From positions 71,176,001 through 71,240,000 of the forward strand of contig NC_043006.1 of NCBI RefSeq assembly GCF_006345805.1: a DNA stretch of 64,000 nt. Direction: 5' to 3'. The stretch's first letter is position 1. Each line of letters opens with the position of its first letter. The DNA is from Octopus sinensis. Taxonomy: Eukaryota. A model generated the notes under the pieces. It was not told the DNA's origin. It saw nothing but the letters and a program-made list of their open reading frames with translations, and searched no databases. Shown here piece after piece: positions 11,876 to 24,042 of this stretch. Made by a program: the position numbers and the translations under genes.

Positions 11876-12061
11876 ATTAGAAAAAAAAACACCTTTTATC
11901 AATTTAAAATGAACAATTAAATTACACCATCTAGAAAATTACATATAATAGAAATATTAAAAATAAAATAATAATATACCGATGATTAAGTATATGTAAT
12001 TTTCTAGATGGTGTAATTTAATTGTTCATTTTGAATTGATAAAAGGTGTTTTTTTTCTAAT
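11876..12061. repeat. Near-perfect inverted repeat, ~72-bp arms, 43-bp spacer
   Basis: 11876-11947 versus 11991-12061: one substitution and one homopolymer length difference. Confidence 0.9.
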
Positions 12062-12538
12062 TTTTATATATATTTTATTTTGTGAAATTTGATTTAGTAT
12101 TTCTAAATTGAATTTTTCCCTGTAAGTTAGGAATAATATTCCCTCAAATAATTATAATATATATATACATATAAATGGAAATATATTTTACTCTACTCAT
12201 TGGTGCTGACTTTTTTTTTTGTAAATTGAAGTCTTTTGTTCAAACGAGCATACTTATACATTCATACATTCATTCATTTACGCGCGCTCACACAAACAAA
12301 CACACACAATGAGAAAGATCTACATGCATGCATAGAACAGTAGATAGCTAGAGAAACGCGTGGCTAGAAAGACAAATAAATAAAGTAGTGAATAGCCATA
12401 TAGATAGGTATGGCCATATAGATAGGTATGTATGTGGGATGGAAGTTTATACATATTTATACATAGTTGTATGTGTATGTATATGTGTTGTGTGTGTGTG
12501 TTCAGAGAAAGAATTTGATGTAAGAAAATCATACTGAC

Positions 12539-12614
12539 CTTGTGTGATGGTTATGTCTTTTCCTTGCTGTTTCTGTTGTTTCCGCCATTTTGCTCTGCGG
12601 TTCTGGAACCATAC
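12539..12614 (-). CDS. Internal exon of a PRD-class (paired-like, Q50) homeobox gene: VWFQNRRAKWRKQQKQQGKDITITQ
   Basis: Homeodomain helix-3 signature WFQNRRAKWRK. Acceptor cttgcttgtctccag lies at the phase-0 Q46/V47 intron position typical of PRD-class genes; donor aag|gtcagt is phase 1. The subfamily cannot be assigned from this exon alone. Confidence 0.92.
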
Positions 12615-12764
12615 CTGGAGACAAGCAAGTATAAAACTATCACTTCCTTGCATACACATATCGACTATATGCACTATATACACATGTCGACAGAATGTAT
12701 ATTAGCAGTCTTTCAACGTTCTTTATTCCCTGTAGGAACTACTGTTTATAAAACTATAGATTAA

Positions 12765-13067
12765 TCTTTATATATAAAAGTGAAGTTGTGTGAGTGTCTG
12801 TCTCCTACGATTTAGATTCCTAACTACTTCCACATTTTGCGGTGCAGTTTAACCAAAAGCGGGTATCTTATAGTCGTGGTTCATATCGAGCCCTTCTGGG
12901 TATTAGCGCGCGTCTACGATGAATCTACGATTAAGAAAAAAAATTACCATAATTTTTTCCCATTTTTAATGCATTTTTTTGCTATTATATAAGGGAAGTA
13001 ACTCTCTTAAAATGCTTATATAGTTATTTCCCTTACAAACCAGAGCAACGCCGGGCGATACTGCTAG
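12765..13067 (+). mobile_element. Non-autonomous Helitron
   Basis: A|TC start, CTAG|T end, subterminal GC-rich hairpin (cagagcaacgccggg), no TSD; second copy at 40466-40846. Confidence 0.85.
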
Positions 13068-13295
13068 TTATATATACATATTAAACGGATGTGTAGTAAC
13101 GGTCTTTTTAATATTCCATTCAGCTGTGGAAAGGTACTACTATAAAACTAATACTATATACACCCGTTAGATGAGTGTATAGGAAAACTATTTTGATACT
13201 TCCTACCATCCCAGTAACCTCTTTTGTGTCAGTTTGTCGTGGGTTATCGCAGTGAAGACAATTCATTCGCAATGGTCTCTTATTTCTTCATACAG

Positions 13296-13337
13296 TGTTA
13301 TTCCTGCCATTTTGCTCTGCAGTTCTGGAACCATACC
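13296..13337 (-). pseudogene. Degenerate partial duplicate of the homeobox exon (VWFQNCRAKWQE*)
   Basis: 38/42 nt identical to 12574-12615; acceptor is TG instead of AG; in-frame TAA. Confidence 0.8.
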
Positions 13338-13599
13338 ATATTCCAGTGAAGGCAGAAAGAAACCAGCAAAGAAGCCATTATTTGATCACTCAACATACTA
13401 AAATTAACAGTAAAATTTTCCTTAAATCATATATTTCTGTCTTGGAAAGGAAATATACATAGGATAATGTCATCCTGGATATACAGTGACTGAATAATCG
13501 AGGGGAATGGTAAAGACTGAAAGAGTCAGGATCCTATAAGAAAAAGTGGCTAAAATTTTCTCTAACACATATTTATTAAAAAAAATATACGAACCCTTT

Positions 13600-13835
13600 T
13601 AAAGCTTAGTCAGGCTCATGGGCCTGGTCTCCCGGTTTCAATGGCGTATATCTTCCCCAGCTGGACGGGACGCCAGTCAATCGCAGCGTTACTCATTTTT
13701 GTCAGCTGAGTAGACTGGAGCAACGTGAATTGAAGTGTTTTGCTCGAGAACACAACGCGTCGTCCGGTCCAGGAATCGAAACCACAATCTTACGATCATG
13801 ATGCTGACACCCTAACCACTAAGCCACGCGCCTCC
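13600..13835 (-). mobile_element. SINE group C with V-domain-like body
   Basis: Reverse complement of 6291-6500, with intact head ggaggcgcgtggcttagtggtt. Confidence 0.8.
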
Positions 13836-14559
13836 ACACATATCTATTTGGCAGACGATAATTATACCCGAGATATGAACTCCAGAGTAAACTTGATATA
13901 TTTATCTACATTGGGATATGTTTTAATAGACTCACCTACCCAGGGTTGAAGTCAACTTGAATTCAAGTAGCTCGCTTGAGGTATATCTACCTTAGCATGT
14001 CTACAGTCAAGTACCTAACTTGAGGTGAGATTATTAACCTCAGATATCTACCGTCGGGTATCTATCAAGAGGCAATTATCGTGGTATATTCATCATTGGG
14101 CAGCGCCCCGGGCCTTGAGTTATCTACCGTTGAATGATGATATGATGATACTTCGGGGTAGATGAGTCTTTTCAAGTAGATACAAGAGGGTAGCTATCTG
14201 TACGAAGCTTACGATATTTACTTATACAGCCGATGGTAAATATTTAAAGTGATAGTCATAAAATATATATTCGAAGACTGATACCCATACCAAGGTAATT
14301 CACACGCTGATTCGATAAACTAATTTTTGTTGATAACCCGAAGGTAACTATCTCTAGGAAAACAGAACCTTTCCCCCTGGTGTAGACACCTATGTGGGGA
14401 TCACTGTTTCATGGATGATGCTTTGGTGTGGATGACATACTGGTGTGTTTTTTTCTCCAGCCCTGGGACTCATTATGCCAGTTACCTGGTTTCCATGGCG
14501 TCTAAGTGACCGAGATTATAGCATTCACCCTGAACGGGATGCCGGTCCGCTGCAAGGTT

Positions 14560-14750
14560 CGAAACCAGCAGTTTTGAGGTAGGGAGGTTAAGTCAATGAC
14601 ATCGACACCAGTTCTTGACCGGTTCCTAATTTTATTGACCTCGAAGGGATAAAAGGCAAAGATGACCTCAGCGGAATTTGAGCTGTGAACCTAAAGAATC
14701 GGAAGAAATGCCGCGAAGCATTTTCCCGATATGTTAACTCTTCAGCCAAC
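14560..14750 (-). mobile_element. SINE group B (diverged)
   Basis: gataaaaggcaaagatgacctcagcggaatttgagc. Confidence 0.65.
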
Positions 14751-15612
14751 TTAACACTCTGCTGTGATTACTCTCGTAAAAATGGAGAGATGCAAACACA
14801 ACAGGGTCACAGATATTCCATTTCACGCCTGTTGTCGGTGAATTGCGTACTTAAGGCTAAACGCTGGTCCTTAATTATCCCGGAGGGCAACAGAGGGTAT
14901 TACAAAAAAAAAAACCTTCTCATATAATGTTGTTTACTATATACTCCTTCAACCTAAATTCACCCTTCCGTCCACCCGTCTTGTCTCCTGGATCCTTTGT
15001 TTTATATTAACTCTCTTACAAAATAATTCATGCAATCTTTTCTCTGTAGAACTAGAATCTCTAGGAAACTCCTCCAACTCCATCCTCCGACCATATTGTT
15101 CCTTATAAAACCAACCGAATGACCTCACATGACCTCTAGTTTACATCGCCTGCATCACTCAATGCTAGATCGTCTCTTACAAAAATATACAGGAGTTGTT
15201 TCCATTAAAATATAAACTTATATGTTAAATGTAATAAAATTACAGTTTTAAATGCTTTTGGTGTGGAATTTAAACAAATGTAAATATACAGTTATTCTCT
15301 TCGCACACAGAGGAATAAGAAGGATTGTTCGGTCGTGTTCCCTTCTGCAAATGAAGAGAACTTATCGCCATTTAAATCAAACACAACTCAAACCTTACTG
15401 TAATAGCGACTGATGTAGGTACTCGTCTGGTTGAGAAGGGTGGAGGATTACCTACACTCTATTCAGTTGTCAATCTCCCCCCTCACCTCCAAATAAAAAA
15501 ACAGGAAGCATGACAGGGTAGTCTCTTTATTTTCTGTGCATAAATAGAATATGGAGAATGATTTTTTATAGGTGTTTAAAGAATTTAAATCGAAATATCT
15601 ATATCCTAGATT

Positions 15613-15613
15613 T

Positions 15614-15680
<67 letters not shown>

Positions 15681-15721
15681 GTCTGTCTGCCTGTCTGCCT
15701 GTCTGTCTGTCCGTCCGTCTG

Positions 15722-15784
<63 letters not shown>

Positions 15785-15858
15785 GTCTGTCTATCTGCCT
15801 GCCTGTCTGTCTGTCTGTCTATCTGTCTGTCTGTCTATCTGTCTGTATGTCTGTCTGC

Positions 15859-15924
<66 letters not shown>

Positions 15925-15990
15925 GTCTGTCTGTCTGTCTGCCTATCTGTCAGTCTGTCTGTCTGTCTGCGTGTCTATCTGTCTGTCTGT
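15613..15990. repeat. (TCTA)n/(TCTG)n compound tetranucleotide
   Basis: Seen directly. Confidence 0.95.
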
Positions 15991-16384
15991 AAGAAAACTA
16001 TATAGAGACATACAACATACATACACAGATATATATACATGTGTTCAAACAAATATATACATACATATTTATTCTTCTTACGGGTTTCATACATCGGACT
16101 GCCACCATGCGGGATCATCACATTTAAAAGTGTAGTCAATCACGTGACATCTCAACTTCTGGAAGTTATTATATCGACCACGAAAATATGAAAGTATGTA
16201 TGTCTGTATATTTTTCCCGTCTGTATGTAGTGTGTATGTATGTGTGTACGTATGTACGTATGTCTGCATATGTGCAAGTATTCAACGTATGTAAATATGT
16301 CTATGTAAGTATGTGTGTATGTGTATTTACATTATATATATATATATATATATTGATATATCAGTTCATGTTTATATATATATA

Positions 16385-16861
16385 CACGAGGATGAGTCAA
16401 AAAGTAATGCCATTTTGTTTAGGACAGGTATAATTACCAACACAGGAACATGTATCATACATCAAAATGAAGCTGGTCCTCTATGGATCAGATTCCTACT
16501 TCTCAACATAGTCACCGTCTCCCAATAGCAATGTCCCACCTTCGAATGAGAGCATGTATCCCTGCCCCGTAAAATTCTGTTGACTGTTCTTTGATCCACT
16601 CCTTCACTACAGTTTTCACTTCCTCGTCACTGGAATAATGTTTGCCACTTAAACCCTCTTTCATGGGGCCGAAGAGATGATAGTCTAAAGGCGCTAAATT
16701 ATTCCAGTAATGAAGTGGCTCAAAGAACAGTCAACAGAATTTTACGGGGCAGGGATAGATGCTCTCATTCGAAGGTGGAACATTGCTAATGAGAGAAACG
16801 GTGGCTATGTTGAGAAGTAGGGATGTGACAACAGAGGACCAGCTTCATTTTAATGTATGAA
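16385..16861. mobile_element. Mariner-derived palindromic MITE made of two 3' ends
   Basis: Minus strand: LAPLDYHLFGPMKEGLSGKHYSSDEEVKTVVKEWIKEQSTEFY. Plus strand from ~16707: VMKWLKEQSTEFYGAGIDALIRRWNIANERNGGYVEK*. TA-preceded TIR cgaggatgagtcaaaaagtaatgcc; the element runs into a gap. Confidence 0.85.
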
Positions 16862-16961
16862 NNNNNNNNNNNNNNNNNNNNNNNNNNNNNNNNNNNNNNN
16901 NNNNNNNNNNNNNNNNNNNNNNNNNNNNNNNNNNNNNNNNNNNNNNNNNNNNNNNNNNNNN
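16862..16961. other. Assembly gap (100 N)
   Basis: Run of N. Confidence 1.
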
Positions 16962-17080
16962 AAGGAAGAAAGAAAAGAAGAATGATGATGGTGATCTGTT
17001 TATCATGGCATTGATCATGATCGTTATTGTGATGGATGGCGGCGGTGGTGATGGTGAAGCTAGTAATAATAATAATGATA

Positions 17081-17132
<52 letters not shown>

Positions 17133-17161
17133 CGACGCTGACGACGATGATGATAATGGTA

Positions 17162-17193
<32 letters not shown>

Positions 17194-17291
17194 GATGATG
17201 ATGATGACGACGACGACGCCGACGACTATGATGATGATGATGATGACGACGACGACGCCGACGACTATGATGATGATAGTGGTGGTGGTTG

Positions 17292-17333
<42 letters not shown>

Positions 17334-17595
17334 CGATGACAATAATTCTTTTACTTTATTTGCCACAAGGTTTGCCACATCTACTACAAAGCGTGTGCTT
17401 ACCAACGAATTTAAAAGTGGACACGGCACAAAGCATATAAACTCAATATATTCAAAATTAGATAAAGTGGTGGGTGCGTGTCGCGGGGTGTATACAACAG
17501 CCTCATATTCATTTGTATCAGTTTCATTGTAACGAGTCATTTTTAAGCTTGTTCTCTCAGATGAAATTTGCAATACGTACCTTAAAACTAATATG

Positions 17596-17642
<47 letters not shown>

Positions 17643-17646
17643 TGAC

Positions 17647-17740
<94 letters not shown>

Positions 17741-17760
17741 TAATAATAATAATAATAATG

Positions 17761-18316
17761 AATGCCCTGATGCAGTACCAGGCATTAGCTCTCCTGGCTT
17801 CTGCTCTTAACTGATTGGAAGTGTTATCATGTACATGTTATGTCTTAGTATAAAAGATGGGCTTAGCAAATGCTCTGCTCAATACTACAGATTTGCTTGT
17901 CAGTTGTTTGACTTCGACCAGTTGAGCATGTCCTTTGGTGGCTGACGATATGTGCATCTCTGATCACGAGCAGAAGTAGTGGTGGAGCATTATAGCCATA
18001 TGTCGACAGGGATTCTTTGGGGTTTGAATAATTCACCTCTAGAAACATGGGTGCTTCGTTCAACATCATTAAACAACCCTTATTCAGGGACCTTTTGAAC
18101 GGGATGGGCTACTCGACCAGAAGAAAATTCTAACTGGGCCCCACCTGCAAGGTCAGGTGCTGTTAATCTTCATATGAGATCACCATGTCGCACACATATG
18201 GTTGTGATGCATGTTCCTAGTGTACACTTAGCAGACGGGTAGTCATGATGGGTATACTGGGCTTCGTATATTTTACGCCAGTGTCACTTTGATGGCATTG
18301 CACTGCTCTCTCACTC
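17761..18316 (+). mobile_element. ~550-bp unclassified element embedded in (TAA)n
   Basis: Both flanks are (TAA)n; homologous to 7216-7746; its last ~100 bp are repeated at 18395-18497. Confidence 0.8.
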
Positions 18317-18343
18317 AATAATAATAATAATAATAAAATAATA

Positions 18344-18381
<38 letters not shown>

Positions 18382-18496
18382 CATAATAATAATAGTGCCT
18401 GGTGTACTTTTATCAGACGGGTAGTCATGATGGGTATATTGGGCTTCGTATATTTTACCCCAGTGTCACTTTGATGGCATGCACTGCTCTCTCACT

Positions 18497-18497
18497 C

Positions 18498-18554
<57 letters not shown>

Positions 18555-18747
18555 GTAATAATAATAGTAATAGTAATAGTAATAGTATAGTAATAATAAT
18601 AATAATAATAATAATAGTAATAGTAATAGTAATAGTATAGTAATAGTAATAATAATATAATAATAATAATAATAATAGTAATAAATAATAATAATAATAA
18701 TAATATAATAAAAATAATATAATAATATAATAGTAATAATAATAATA

Positions 18748-18798
<51 letters not shown>

Positions 18799-19142
18799 AA
18801 TATAGTAATAGTAGTAGTAGTAGTAATAGTAAATTAATAGTATATAATAATAATAGTAATAGTAATATTAATAATAATAATAATAATATAATAATAATAT
18901 AATAATAATAATAGTAATAGTACTAGTAATAGTAATAGTAATATAATAATAATAATAATAATATAATAATAAATAGTAATAGTAATAGTATAGTAATAGT
19001 AATGTAATAATAAAAATAATAATAATATAATATAATAATAATAATAATAATAAGAATAGTAATAGTAATAGTAATAGTAATAATAAATAATAATAATAAT
19101 ATAATAATAATAATATGTAATAGTAATAGTAATGTAATAGTA

Positions 19143-19174
<32 letters not shown>

Positions 19175-19197
19175 TAATAGTAATAGTAATAGAATAG

Positions 19198-19231
<34 letters not shown>

Positions 19232-19473
19232 GTAATAATATAATAATAATAATAATAGTAATAATAATAATAATATAGTAATAGTAATAATAATAATAAT
19301 AATAAATAATAATAATATAATAAAAATAATAATAATATAATAATAATAATAATAATAAAATGTAATAGTAATAGTAATAGTAATAGTAAGAGTATAATAA
19401 TAATAATAGTAATAGTAATATAATAATAAATAATAATAATAATAATAATATAGTAATAGTAATAGTAATAGTA

Positions 19474-19512
<39 letters not shown>

Positions 19513-19927
19513 TAATAGTAATAGTAAAGTAATAATATAATAATAATAATAATAATATTATAATAATAATAATAGTAATAGTAATATAATAGTAATAGTA
19601 ATAATAAGAATAATAATAGTAATAATATAATAATAATAATAATAAGTACTAAGTATAGTAATAGTAATAGTAATAATATAATAATAATAATAATAATAAT
19701 AGAATAATAGTAATAGTAATAAGAATAATAATAATAATAATAATAGTAATAGTAATAGTAATAATAATAATATAATAAGAATAAAATAATAATAAAAATA
19801 ATAATAATAATATAATAATAGATAATAATAGTAATAGTAATAGTAATAGTAATAGTAAAATAATAATAATAATAATAATATAATAATAGTAATAGTAATA
19901 GTAATAGTAATAGTAATAATAATAATA

Positions 19928-19963
<36 letters not shown>

Positions 19964-20015
19964 ATATAGTAATACTAATAATAATATAATAATAGTAATA
20001 GTAATAGTAATAGTA

Positions 20016-20057
<42 letters not shown>

Positions 20058-20132
20058 TTAATAGTAATAATAATAATAATATAATAATATAATAATAATA
20101 GTAATAGTAATAATAATAGTAACTAAACTAAT

Positions 20133-20202
<70 letters not shown>

Positions 20203-20267
20203 TGATGATGATGATATGATGATGATGATGATGTGATGATGATGAATGAATTGATGATGATGACGAC

Positions 20268-20340
<73 letters not shown>
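18497..20340. repeat. ~1.85-kb (AAT)n/(AGTAAT)n array
   Basis: Seen directly; contains many single-base indels. Confidence 0.95.
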
Positions 20341-20560
20341 TGGCCCTTTTCGTCTATGCAGACGGTCAATTTAGCTTAGAGGTCACTTAATCGAGCATAT
20401 CAGGGGCTCCTTTTCATGCAGCTTCTTTCATGGCTGATTCTTCCTATGATTGAAGCGCAGCTTCTGTCGCAGTAGTTGTATACCAAGAGGGTAGATCGGC
20501 GCTCTGCATTTCCGTTGTTTTCCTTTCGCCGCTGACGCTTCTCAACTTGTTTGTTTCTAT
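20341..20560 (-). mobile_element. RTE-clade LINE 3' end
   Basis: Translates KQVEKRQRRKE...YNYCDRSCASIIGRISHERSC (RTE C-terminal C..C.R.C.S.IGL.SH motif), followed by cgtctgcatagacgaaaagggcca and a (TTA)n tail. Confidence 0.75.
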
Positions 20561-20820
20561 CACTGATATATATAAATTCAGTGTTTGTTGCGTTCCATTA
20601 CCTAATAAATGAAAAGATGTATAAACAAACAACATAACGTATACTGAATGTACGCAAGAAAACTATTTTTTGCGGGCACCGCCAATTGGGAAACAGTTTT
20701 ATTGTTAAAGGTGCGAAACTGAACAGTGTTGTTGGTCGATAACTGATGAAGAATTATGGACTTTCTGTTTGTCTCCCGTTCATTTTTACATTCAGTATAC
20801 ATTACACCGTTTGTTTAAAC

Positions 20821-20862
<42 letters not shown>

Positions 20863-20930
20863 TATATATATATATAATATATATTATATTATATATATAT
20901 ATATATATATCTATTATATATATATATATA

Positions 20931-21421
20931 TAATATAAGGGACAATAGCCAACTGAATATGGCTAGGGACAGGGCAGAGTGGTGGGGGTGTCACTGTTGC
21001 ATTTAGCCCCAGGCGAACATCAACGTCACCAGATAGGCCGACGCCGTCACGGCGTCCTCTATCTTGCAAAGGGAGATCATTCCCCAAGAAGCGGATGCCA
21101 CACACGGACCTAGGTTTCAAGGTGTATTGCCTATTATCAACGTGTGGTAGGCACCGCCTCTCGACGAACGATTCACCGTGCAAGATATATATAAAGATTT
21201 TCAAGTAAATACATTTACTGATTTCGAAAATCTGTTCGACAGCAATAATAATTCTCTAAATGAGATATAGACAGTGACTGCTCCATAATATAAGGGACAA
21301 TAGCCAACTGAATATGGCTAGGGATAGGGCAGAGTGGTGGGGGTGTCCTGTTGCATTTAGCCCCAGGCGAACATCAACGTCACCAGATAGCCGACGCCGT
21401 CACGGCGTCCTCTATCTTGCA

Positions 21422-21422
<1 letters not shown>
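20931..21422. mobile_element. Terminally redundant element: ~138-bp direct repeats around a 216-bp core, in (TA)n
   Basis: 20931-21069 versus 21286-21422 differ at 3 positions. Confidence 0.7.
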
Positions 21423-21504
<82 letters not shown>

Positions 21505-21609
21505 ATATATAATATAATATAATATAATATAATATAAATAATATATAAATATATGCATATATATATACATATATGTACATACCTAGATACATATGTATAT
21601 ATACATGCA

Positions 21610-22210
21610 TATATGGGTACAGGACATCAAAAAACGTGAAGAGAATAAGAAACGAGAACATAAAAAACAAAAAACATAGAAAACGAACTTTTTTTGAACA
21701 ACGAAAAAAACAGAGAAACGAGACATGCAACATAAAGAACATTCCCTTCCTCAGTTGTCCCCTGTTTTATCTACTCCGCATTTCAAAGGTTAGGACAAGA
21801 CGCGACTTCGTTAAAACAGTCCTTCCCGTAAAGCAAATTAAATAAAATTTGGGATTTTTTGCAGAAGGTGAAAGTGGTAACAAAAACTGGACAGTGAGAA
21901 CAAAACAGTAAAAACAAACGGTGAGGGCTGTTAAGTCAAGACGATGGTGCTGAACGCTGGAAAAACGAGCTTTGAGAAGAGACAGATAAAAGCACGTCTT
22001 GTCTTTAGGAAGGAAGTGGAAGAAAGATAGAATAGCCGTTAGTCGAGTGTGATCAACGAGAGTCAAGGAGGAAGAGTGAGAAAGAGGGAAAGAATAGGGA
22101 AAGGGTGGGAGAGAAAAACAGAAAGGAAGAAGAACAGGCGAGGGAGATAGAATAAGCGTGCGCATCGTAATTATTAAGATAAAACTTACTTGGAAAAGGA
22201 TGTGTGGCAT
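21610..22210 (-). mobile_element. Probable Penelope-like element remnant
   Basis: (TA)n-flanked; the decayed reading FSSVQHHRLDLTALTVC resembles the end of a GIY-YIG domain. Weak. Confidence 0.4.
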
Positions 22211-22307
22211 TACACACTAATTCGCAATACGTATCTTAAAACTAATATATATATATATATATGCCCCAGCAGGGCTACAGCCTTTAGGCTGAAATACATA
22301 GGGTAAA

Positions 22308-22638
22308 GACCCCCTTCAGTCATGAATGACCATGGGAATGCCCCTAGATAACATGGGATTGTGCCTCCGAAGTACAAGTCCAAGCAAGGTTGTTTATGGA
22401 AGACTAACAATGGCCCATGTATACCAGCTTCCACCACCGATGTTATCTAAGGGAAAGTCAAAGACCCATTCAGCTTGGCACCAGTGACGTCGCAACTCGT
22501 TTCTAAAGCTGAGTGAACTGGAGCAACGTGAAATAAAGTGTCTTGCTCAAGAACACAACACATAGTCTGGTCAGTGAGTCGAACTCACTATCTCATGATA
22601 GTGAGCCCGACGCTCGAACCACTGAGCCATGCGCCTTC
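22308..22638 (-). mobile_element. SINE group C (second body type)
   Basis: Reverse complement of 10675-11008. Confidence 0.8.
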
Positions 22639-23083
22639 ATTTGGGCTGAAACACATAAAAGAATATTATGCAAGTGGAAAAAGATGCGCTAGGTGTACAA
22701 GCAAAATACTGTATAGGATGAGACTCGAGGTAGTTTCCACATTACCCGTGTATTGCGTGACCCTGTTACGTGATATGACACACATACCCTCACTTCCATA
22801 TATCTGATGTTTTGTAAGTCCCTTCAAAGATCGGTCAGCCAGCAAGGCGCCACTAACTTACTGTCAAACCGCGCGGTCTAAGAAATTCTCCTTTTTAATT
22901 CATCTGGTATCACCGGAATATCGATCTCAGTTCTAATGGCACTAGTCGACCTGCTTTGACCGATAGCAGCCCAGTTTCCTGTAGCCATCTTGGACTTTCT
23001 GCATCTCTCCATTCGTCTGAACCCGACAGGCAAGGTTTCTGCAAGAAACCAATGAAACTTTAAGTCGCATGGGGCCGAATCAA

Positions 23084-23130
<47 letters not shown>

Positions 23131-23289
23131 AACAACAACAACTACTACTACTACTACTACTACTAATACTAATACTACTACTACTACTACTAACCTGGTG
23201 TTAGAATGTAATTTACATATGCTTCAGGATAAAGCATTAGTTGAGTACAGAGCATAATATGAAACTAAATAAACGACAAGGGAATAGAA

Positions 23290-23553
23290 ATTACGTAAGC
23301 AACTTCATCAGCTTAAAGCTGTTTCTGTATCTCATAGATACAGTGCACTCTGTACCTCATAGATACAGTGAACTCAGAGCTGAGTGCTTGTACACCATGT
23401 TATTTATAGCTTCGTCTGAGCTTCTAAAATTAAGTTTAAGCTTATTTAGAAAAGGAGATCCAAGGAAACCAGAAGGGGGATATGCAAGCACTCAGCATGC
23501 AGCTGTTTCTTATGGCAGAAACAGCTGCAAGCTAATGAATTACATTATGTAAT
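23290..23553. repeat. Nested imperfect inverted repeats with an internal 25-bp tandem hairpin
   Basis: Outer arms 23290-23327/23516-23553; inner arms gctgagtgcttg 23379-23390 / caagcactcagc 23485-23496. Confidence 0.65.
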
Positions 23554-23699
23554 ACTTATTCTCTTGTCATTTGTTTAATACATATATATAATATATGATA
23601 TAATATAATATAATATGATATAATATAATATGATATAATAAACAGACAGACAGACAGATAGATAGATAGATACATACATACATACATACATTTTACTTT

Positions 23700-23920
23700 T
23701 ATTTTTTTTTTACTTCAGTCATTAGACTGCGGCCATGCTGGGGCACCGCCTTTGATATTTTTTAAAGCCTGGTACTTATTCTACTGGTCTCTTTGGCCCG
23801 AACCGGGCACGTAAACACGTGGGGGGGGGACAAGCACAGACACAAAGACACACGCACGTATGCACACACACACATACACATACATACATACATACATACA
23901 TACATACATACATACATACA

Positions 23921-23953
<33 letters not shown>

Positions 23954-23958
23954 CTGTG

Positions 23959-23990
<32 letters not shown>

Positions 23991-24008
23991 TGTATGTATG
24001 TATGTATG

Positions 24009-24042
<34 letters not shown>

